Below are positions 43,801 to 49,078 of a stretch of 49,078 nt of DNA, piece by piece. The notes beneath the pieces are model-generated. The model was given only the letters and a program-made list of their open reading frames with translations. It was not told the origin of the DNA and ran no database searches. This DNA is from Stramenopiles sp. TOSAG23-6. Its lineage: Eukaryota. The stretch is from positions 1-49,078 of the forward strand of contig LT635924.1 in NCBI GenBank assembly GCA_900128565.1, read 5' to 3'. Each line of letters opens with the position of its first letter. Within the stretch, counting starts at the first letter, position 1. The position numbers and the translations under genes are program-made.

Positions 43801-44664
43801 TCCGTATTTTGAGCGGGGTTTCCCAAAAAAACGTTCGAAATTATCAGATAATGTAGAATGTGGTATTCCATACTTCTTTGCGCAAGTATTCCGACCTGAT
43901 CCGTCTACCCATTCTTTCAAGGCATCCTTCATCCTTCTGAGACCTCGACCATCTTCTTTCCATTTCAATTTTTTTTTCTTTACAGTACGCTCCTCACGCT
44001 CCGCCGCAATCACCCGCTTGCGCTTCTTTGACTTCGCAGCTCTTAGAATGCGTTTGGGCAGACTGAAATTGATCTCCTTCAGTTTCCCACTAGTATAAGT
44101 GGGAGTGGTCTGAAGAAGATCTTTTTCAATCGGAGACGACAAAGACGAAGCTTCTTGTCGCTCTTTTTCTTCCTCCAATAAACGATTTCTGGAAGCCAGC
44201 CTCTCTTTATCAGCTTCCAACTGTGCAATTTTGAGGAGCAACGCCTCTTTATTAACATCATCTTCATTACTTTTGTGCGCAAGTGTTGACAACATGGTAT
44301 TTTTGAGCTTGAGAGTGAAGAAAGCATAACTTTGTGAACGAGTGGTTCAGAATCCAACTTCAAATTGAGTGGTTCTGATTCAATGGTATGTAATGTTTCC
44401 CGCGCTTTTTTTTTTATGCCTACAAGCCAATACATATTTGATAATCTTTATGGAGAATATTGTGAATGGGCATACAATGCTTCAAGCAGTATTACTGCTA
44501 AAAGCATACTAACGTTACGCGAATGTTCACATGTATGGTATCTTTTTAGTATCTTTACGTTATTGGTACGAATTTTCAGGCTTAACGGTCGATGTTAACC
44601 CTAACCCTAATCGTGGCCGGAACGGCCGGAATAGGATTCGGCCGGAATAGTAAAGAGTACTTCC
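40853..44664 (-). mobile_element. pogo/Fot1-like (Tc1/mariner superfamily, DD35D) DNA transposon, apparently intact
   Basis: TA at 40851-40852 and 44665-44666; imperfect TIR GGAAGT-N8-CTAT(A/T)CCGGCC at both ends; extra CTATTCCGGCC subterminal copies (40938-40948; 44615-44650); uninterrupted transposase ORF; inserted 33 bp after the DnaJ stop. Confidence 0.9.
41104..44295 (-). CDS. DDE_1 (pogo/CENP-B type) transposase with Tudor-like and Cys-finger C-terminal extension
   Basis: HTH AKKYGIPHSTL, CENP-B-type HTH (FVHGFLKRHPKL), catalytic YNMDE, TFDGHASR and QPND with 35 residues between the last two Asp. Confidence 0.92.
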   Translation of the reverse strand: MLSTLAHKSNEDDVNKEALLLKIAQLEADKERLASRNRLLEEEKERQEASSLSSPIEKDLLQTTPTYTSGKLKEINFSLPKRILRAAKSKKRKRVIAAEREERTVKKKKLKWKEDGRGLRRMKDALKEWVDGSGRNTCAKKYGIPHSTLSDNFERFFGKPRSKYGKKIGKQTKKRMTRLINEEFELKSTGNPNFKRYFTDDEELWLEQIIIQMDGFGLGMTIEQITSFASHIVTRLGYEKGCTRSFVHGFLKRHPKLKQYKTAVLSFERAKKANTKVRDAVFSKLESLVKRLGEEFPGKFDVNDFSKQIYNMDEFGGKEDGKRNKVVGKAHVPNRGGKKKRKRSKLGSDHPEFHATCVVTSRADGAILPSMVIHASPGVTNPKRNQNHLSGFELDEPIWKGDPNSDISTNGWRVEVSTSGSMTIEIFKRYCEWFVKGLPEGYGKNGKPVILTFDGHASRWSMAAMKTLRDNNVFPFCLASHTSSWSQPNDVGINSMLRAAYSVLVDDWKKLNYTNKYSISDYNKIISRSWMTVTERLKKELIDSRIKKNGYDMYMENNILGFEEVKVGNIVTRAFERCGVYPVDRYNSSWQTAIDMFSYLEEAPKDLDIAKPLRVSPRNKPENADKVLIYKVPLERDVVIRSIVYESLETGMFEPTRRANAEEQKRKKNKRKRVGVNTSHGADFSLAEQLEQVKAVQKNRDDKKKDKEQKKKDKVIKDQELIRKKMKLREEAVEDMNAKKSLTVNKHRAILESWGIDNIDGKKLSKIAKTKIEAVFEEQYEAKYKCKYVVAAVVEREEKKKKEKEAQEKRVQQKKAREKEILDSAISKMESNETLYKNDYKAILLSWKISVSEENGSNKPIQFDSKKLKQLFLDEYNSRNKKQYVVKKKMSKAEKARQAKKKENHEWFMNHKSVLALWKGDWLEATVVSYENEKYTIRWASTQDRSTDYTYDELQKHKALRRHEFSEEELIFTESGELSGDVCICNCCGVNIDLQIPRYESKSSRWVCCESCFDEPARDRESSNREISDSESSNSETDDESEGEGESESESESESESDNDSEA

Positions 44665-44690
44665 TAGTAAAGTTGTAATGCCTTTTTTTT

Positions 44691-44812
44691 TTTTTTGTTA
44701 CATTTCTCATTTGTATACATTCTATAGAATTTTTTAGATGTTTGTTTTAGATTTTTTTGTTACATTTCTCATTTGTATAAATTCTATAGATTTTTTTTGA
44801 TGTTTGTTTTAG
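44691..44812. repeat. Tandem duplication, 62-bp period, 2 copies
   Basis: gttacatttctcatttgtata.attctataga..ttttt.gatgtttgttttag starts at 44697 and 44759. Confidence 0.9.
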
Positions 44813-45098
44813 CTTTTATGATCTATTAGATCTCAGATCGGTATTGCATCGATCATCGGGTCTCTCGTTTTACTTTTTTTTTGACTGTTCTTTTTGATTG
44901 ATTGAAATCGAATTAATTGGCCGTGTGCGTGAAACTTTGGATTCTTTGAGATCAGCTAGATCAGCTCTCGACAATATTAAAATATTTTGAGTCTTTTACA
45001 TTATTCAATAAAGATATTTTTCTAGCATACTGCTCACAAAGTGACTAAGGGTTACTGAATTTCATTCACTTTATGAGTTCTCAGTGTGTTTAAAAGTC

Positions 45099-48084
45099 AT
45101 GACAGATAATATGTTACAAGATTGGGGTCAATTTACAAACGTAGTACGTGATACGGAAAAGCCTAGTTTAGGCCAGGTAAGTAAAGAGCCTTCGAATCAT
45201 AGTTCATTAAACGAAACCCAAAAGCAACATTCTATCATAGAACCATTTAAGGATGCTAATTCTACAACTTCTACTATAAATGATCGCAAAGACGATACAC
45301 AAATTAGATCTTTTTCTAACTCAAATTTGTTGACCACTACCCCCTCTTGCCCTAGTTTAAAAAATCTCAGTAGTGTTGCTGAATCAAACGTATCAACTCT
45401 TTTATCACATAATACTTCAGTAAATACCAATGATCTTCAAAAGAATCGAATAAATGGAGATTCATCATCAAATTTGGGTGTATCCAAAGTCCATCCATCT
45501 TGTCCAGATATGAAGGCACTTGCTCAAAATAGGGTAAGTCAGTCACGACAGACCCGAATACACCTCAGTGAAGCAAAAGCTGCATTATTTAGACACTCAC
45601 TCACCGGGGTCTTAGTAAAACGAGGTTTCGGAGGATTTAAGCGATGGGTACCAAGATATGTGACTTTGCGAGGGCGTATGCTCTCCTATTACACATTGAA
45701 AGATTCCAAAAAATGTGATATTGTTCGTTTTCATCATGAAATTTCGATTGTTTTTTTTACCTACGTTTTTTTTCGTAGACAATTTTGTACTTAATCATTT
45801 TTTTACTAAAATTTTTTTTTCACAATACTTGATTCTGTACACGCCAGAGGAGTTTTGGAACTTACAAAACATACAGTTATTAAAGCTGTACACTTCGATA
45901 CAAATGTATGTTTTATTTTTTTTTTTTCAAAAAAATCGAATTTTTTTTCGTACGAAATTTTGTACCTAACGAGTTTTTTTTTGAAATATTTTTCTAAAAT
46001 CCATATCGCTAATAGTCAATTTGGTATAAAGATTATTCCTATCAAAGAAAATACTTTAAATAATGATTTATATGACACTCAAACTCCAGGAGGCATAGAA
46101 CCGAATTTTTGTACTCAAAATAAAAATTCATTTGGTTGGTGGCGTGATAGAGCTTCATCAGCCCAATGTCCTCTACAGTTTGTTGATGAGTCCTTCAAAA
46201 ATAGTAATAATATGACGGATAACTCCAAAATAATAAAGCAAAGAAACAAAAGTATGCCTCCTCCGACTCGATCAGTCATCTCTAGTAAAAAGTTGTGGAT
46301 GTACATTTTCATTATTTATTAAAATTTGATGTTTTTTTTTGTACCAAAATTTGTACCTAACTAAAAAAAAATTTGAAATTGTTTTTCATCATTTATTTCA
46401 AATGTATTTGTTTTTTCTTTTTTTACGTAAAATATTTTTGTACCCAACGAATATTAAATATATATTTCAATCTATATGTGTATTTTTTCACAATATATGC
46501 TCATTGCAAGATCTGCCGACGAGCAGAATCGATGGTTAGAAAATCTTGCAAAAGTAATCCAATTGATATCACGTGTTGAAGAACCTGCAACACTTCGTGG
46601 CATGGGTACAGTCTATGATCATTTTTTTGTTGGTGAAATTTTAGGTCGTGGAAGATTTGGAATTGTTAGAGAATGTATACATAAAACAACAAATAAATTA
46701 TACGCATTAAAAATGGTTAATAAAACGAAAGCGTTCACCGCTGAAGGATTAGCTGCTCGAAGAACACTTCACAATGAATTAGCTGTTTTGAAACGATTAA
46801 AACTCGTCCTCGGACCTCATCCAGCTATATGTAATACATTTGAAGTATATAATGATAAATTTATTACTTATATTGTACTTGAGCATTTAGGTGGAGGTGA
46901 TTTATTTGATAGATTAGTTCAATTAGGAAAATATACAGAAGCAAATGCATCCACTTTGACGCGACAGTTACTCACAGGATTACAAGAATTACATCGTCGA
47001 AATATTATTCATCGCGATGTCAAGCCAGAAAATATTTTATTTTCATCAAAAGATAAAAACAAATTAGACGTAAAATTAGCTGATTTTGGTTGTGCCTTGA
47101 TTCTGAAACGGAACCCTAATGTACGTTTTTTATTTTTATCATGATTTTTTTTTACAAAGAAAATTTAAAATTTTTGTACTTATGAAAATTTTGTTGTACT
47201 ACAAAAAATATTTTCCCAAAATACATGCAAGTCAAAGACGGACTCAAAAGTTTCTGGATCGAACAATCGTAGGGACACCTGGTTATATCGCTCCAGAAGT
47301 GATACTGAAGTGTGAATATACTCCAAAATGCGATGTGTGGGCTGCAGGAGTGATATTATATATAATGCTTGTAGGCTATGTACGTTTTATTTTTTTTTTT
47401 AGTATGAATTTTTTTTTCATACGAAAGTTTGTACCTAACGATTTTTTTTTGAAATATTTTTCCAAAATACATCCTCCTTTTTATGGTAAAAATGAATGGG
47501 AAATATTTGAAAGAACAAAGCGTGGTTGCCTTAAATTTGATAATTCTGATTGGAAAGGTATATCTAAAAATGCTGTTGATCTCGTACGAGGAATGTTATG
47601 TGTCAATCCAGAGATTCGTTTGTCAACAAAACAGATTCTACGACATAATTGGATTATAGAGCCACCTTCTTCAAAACTTTTACCAGACACTCTTTCGCGA
47701 TTAACGAATTTGAATACACGAAGAAAAGCAAAAGAAAAGATGAGAAAATCAATGGAAATCGTCCCAAATACAATGAATACAAAAAATACAAAAAATACAA
47801 AAAATACAAAAAATCAAGAATCAGTAAAACATCAAAACTATGAAAATTGTACAAAATTGAATGAAATCGAAAGAAAGCAAGAGGAAGTGAGTAAAGAAAA
47901 TTTTGAAATTTCGAATACTCGAATGGATCAAACCAAACGACTAACACCAAAAGATATACGCCATGTAGATCAAAAATGTGACACAGTAAAACCATCAAAA
48001 AAAGCAACACCTGGCAGTTTGAATTTTACAGACAAGGAAATTGCAGAAATTAGAAGTAAAGTGAAATTTCGATCTATGGGATGA
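45099..48084 (+). CDS. PH-domain CAMK-family Ser/Thr protein kinase, spliced
   Basis: Exons 45099-45722, 45831-45905, 46005-46300, 46499-47120, 47227-47379, 47473-48084. PH motifs GVLVKRG..KRWVPRYVTL and ARSADEQNRWL; kinase motifs GRGRFG, HRDVKPEN, DFG, GTPGYIAPE and LVGY|PPFYG. Confidence 0.9.
45723..45830 (+). other. Non-canonical intron GT-TT, 108 nt, phase 0
   Basis: att|gttcgtttt...ttttgtacttaat...cacaatactt|gat; gives KCDI-DSVHARGVLEL within the PH domain. Confidence 0.82.
45906..46004 (+). other. Non-canonical intron GT-AT, 99 nt, phase 0, in frame with no stop
   Basis: aat|gtatgtttt...cgtacgaaattttgtacctaac...ctaaaatccat|atc. Confidence 0.82.
46301..46498 (+). other. Compound non-canonical intron (two tandem family units), 198 nt, phase 2
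   Basis: at|gtacatttt..ttgtacctaac..caaat gtatttg..ttgtacccaac..cacaatatat|g; gives KKLWM-LIARSADEQNRW. Confidence 0.75.
47121..47226 (+). other. Non-canonical intron GT-AT, 106 nt, phase 0 (degenerate core)
   Basis: aat|gtacgttttt...cccaaaatacat|gca; joins the DFG and APE parts of the activation segment. Confidence 0.87.
47380..47472 (+). other. Non-canonical intron GT-AT, 93 nt, phase 0, in frame with no stop
   Basis: tat|gtacgtttt...ccaaaatacat|cct; restores the CAMK motif LVGY-PPFY. Confidence 0.92.
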
Positions 48085-48152
48085 AAACATAATAAAATAG
48101 TTCAGAAATCAAAAAAAATCAAAAAAAAAGAAAGATGAGAATAAAATCAATT

Positions 48153-49026
48153 TTAGAGATCAATTTTTTGAACGCTTTCAATTGCTCTTTTCCTCCAGCG
48201 TTTCACTAAATATGACGTCAGACACGAGTTCTGTTGACTCAAATTATCTATATTTCGTGTATCACTATTTTGATCAATTATTGGTAATAAAGGTAAAATA
48301 GAGGGTTTGGTCATAATTTTCCTATATTTTTCATCATTCATTGTATCAACTTCATGTAGAATTCTAGATAACAAATTATGTGATAAGCGACCATCAGGTG
48401 CAGCCTTATCAATTGCATAAAGTGCTTGTATAAGTTGGGTCAAAGCAGCGGTTACATTTCCAAATATAGAACTTTTTTCATCAACATCGGATAATAATTT
48501 TCGAACAGCTGGAATAAATATTGTAGTGTGAGTTTCTGTCAATAAAGATACTTTTTTATCCTTTTCTATTTCCTTTAGCACTCTTTGTTGATTGATCGAA
48601 AATGGATCTTCTGTTACATGTATTTTGGAAAAATATTTCAAAAATTAAAATCGTTAGGTACAACATTTCGTACGAAACCGAAAAAAAAATTCATAGTAAA
48701 AAAAAAATTAAAACACACATCATTACTTTTTGTACTCGATCTTAATTTTAAGCCAATACCATCGTGACGTATAGAAAAAAAAGAATGTAAATGGCTAGAG
48801 GAATCATTTTCATTTTCATTTGAAATTTCATTTACATTTTCATTCAAATTTTCATTTTTATTCAATCTTGAACTGTTTGATGAGTCTTCTTCTATTTCAT
48901 TAATTTTGTTTGTTTCAAATTTCTGTTGTATATTTGTTGATGTTTTCGTACTTTCAAATAAATTCTTATTTCGTGCATCAGGATAAACTTTGTGCAGAGC
49001 TGATCGTTTCGCTAATCCACCACCAC
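48153..49026 (-). CDS. Hypothetical protein, 3' part (5' end outside window), spliced
   Basis: Exons 49026-48719 and 48617-48153 join in frame after removing a family intron; no recognisable domain. Confidence 0.6.
48618..48718 (-). other. Non-canonical intron GT-AT, 101 nt, phase 0
   Basis: Minus strand gat|gtgtgtttt...cgtacgaaatgttgtacctaac...ccaaaatacat|gta. Confidence 0.8.
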
Positions 49027-49078
49027 ATGTATTGTAAAAAAAATTAAATTCGAAATTTGTTAGGTACAAAATTTCGTA
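49027..49078 (-). other. Non-canonical intron family copy (truncated by window)
   Basis: Minus strand tacgaaattttgtacctaac...tttacaatacat|gt, phase 1. Confidence 0.78.

Noticed and set aside
227-49026. Nucleosome-periodic spacing of intron insertions
   Set aside because: Internal exon sizes (53, 75, 129, 153, 189, 196, 198, 261, 296, 308, 372, 622 nt and several kb) show no convincing period in this small sample.
1-49078. Repeats as ciliate-type internal eliminated sequences removed from DNA
   Set aside because: Units are strictly sense to the host gene on both strands and asymmetric, with a branch-point-like motif. Flanks are AT/TT rather than TA. RNA-level removal fits better, though this is not formally excluded.

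Overview
AT-rich, gene-dense eukaryotic (protist-like, standard code, probably flagellated given Rab28) genomic window with about 18 protein-coding genes and one apparently intact pogo/Fot-like DD35D DNA transposon (40853-44664). The main signal is that every intron I can reconstruct (19 complete, one of them a double unit, plus 2 cut by the window edges) belongs to one 90-108 nt repeat family. All are in the sense orientation of the host gene and none ends in AG. Consensus: exon..AT | GTAYGTTTT..T-rich..(C)GTACGAAATTTYGTAC-CTAAC..GAAATATTTTTCMMAATAC-AT | exon. Removing them restores conserved motifs (KH GxxG, GDAAH-PMSP, kinase LVGY-PPFY) and joins three ORFs into a ~6675-aa HECT ligase. Termini read GT-AT (14), GT-TT (2), GT-AA, AT-AT and GA-AT, or mostly AT-AC in a 2-nt-shifted register. 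A 2-bp direct repeat, short inverted ends and a 16-bp palindrome fused to a branch-point-like CTAAC suggest an Introner-like transposon family removed by AG-independent splicing. Splicing is inferred from reading-frame restoration only; RNA data are needed.
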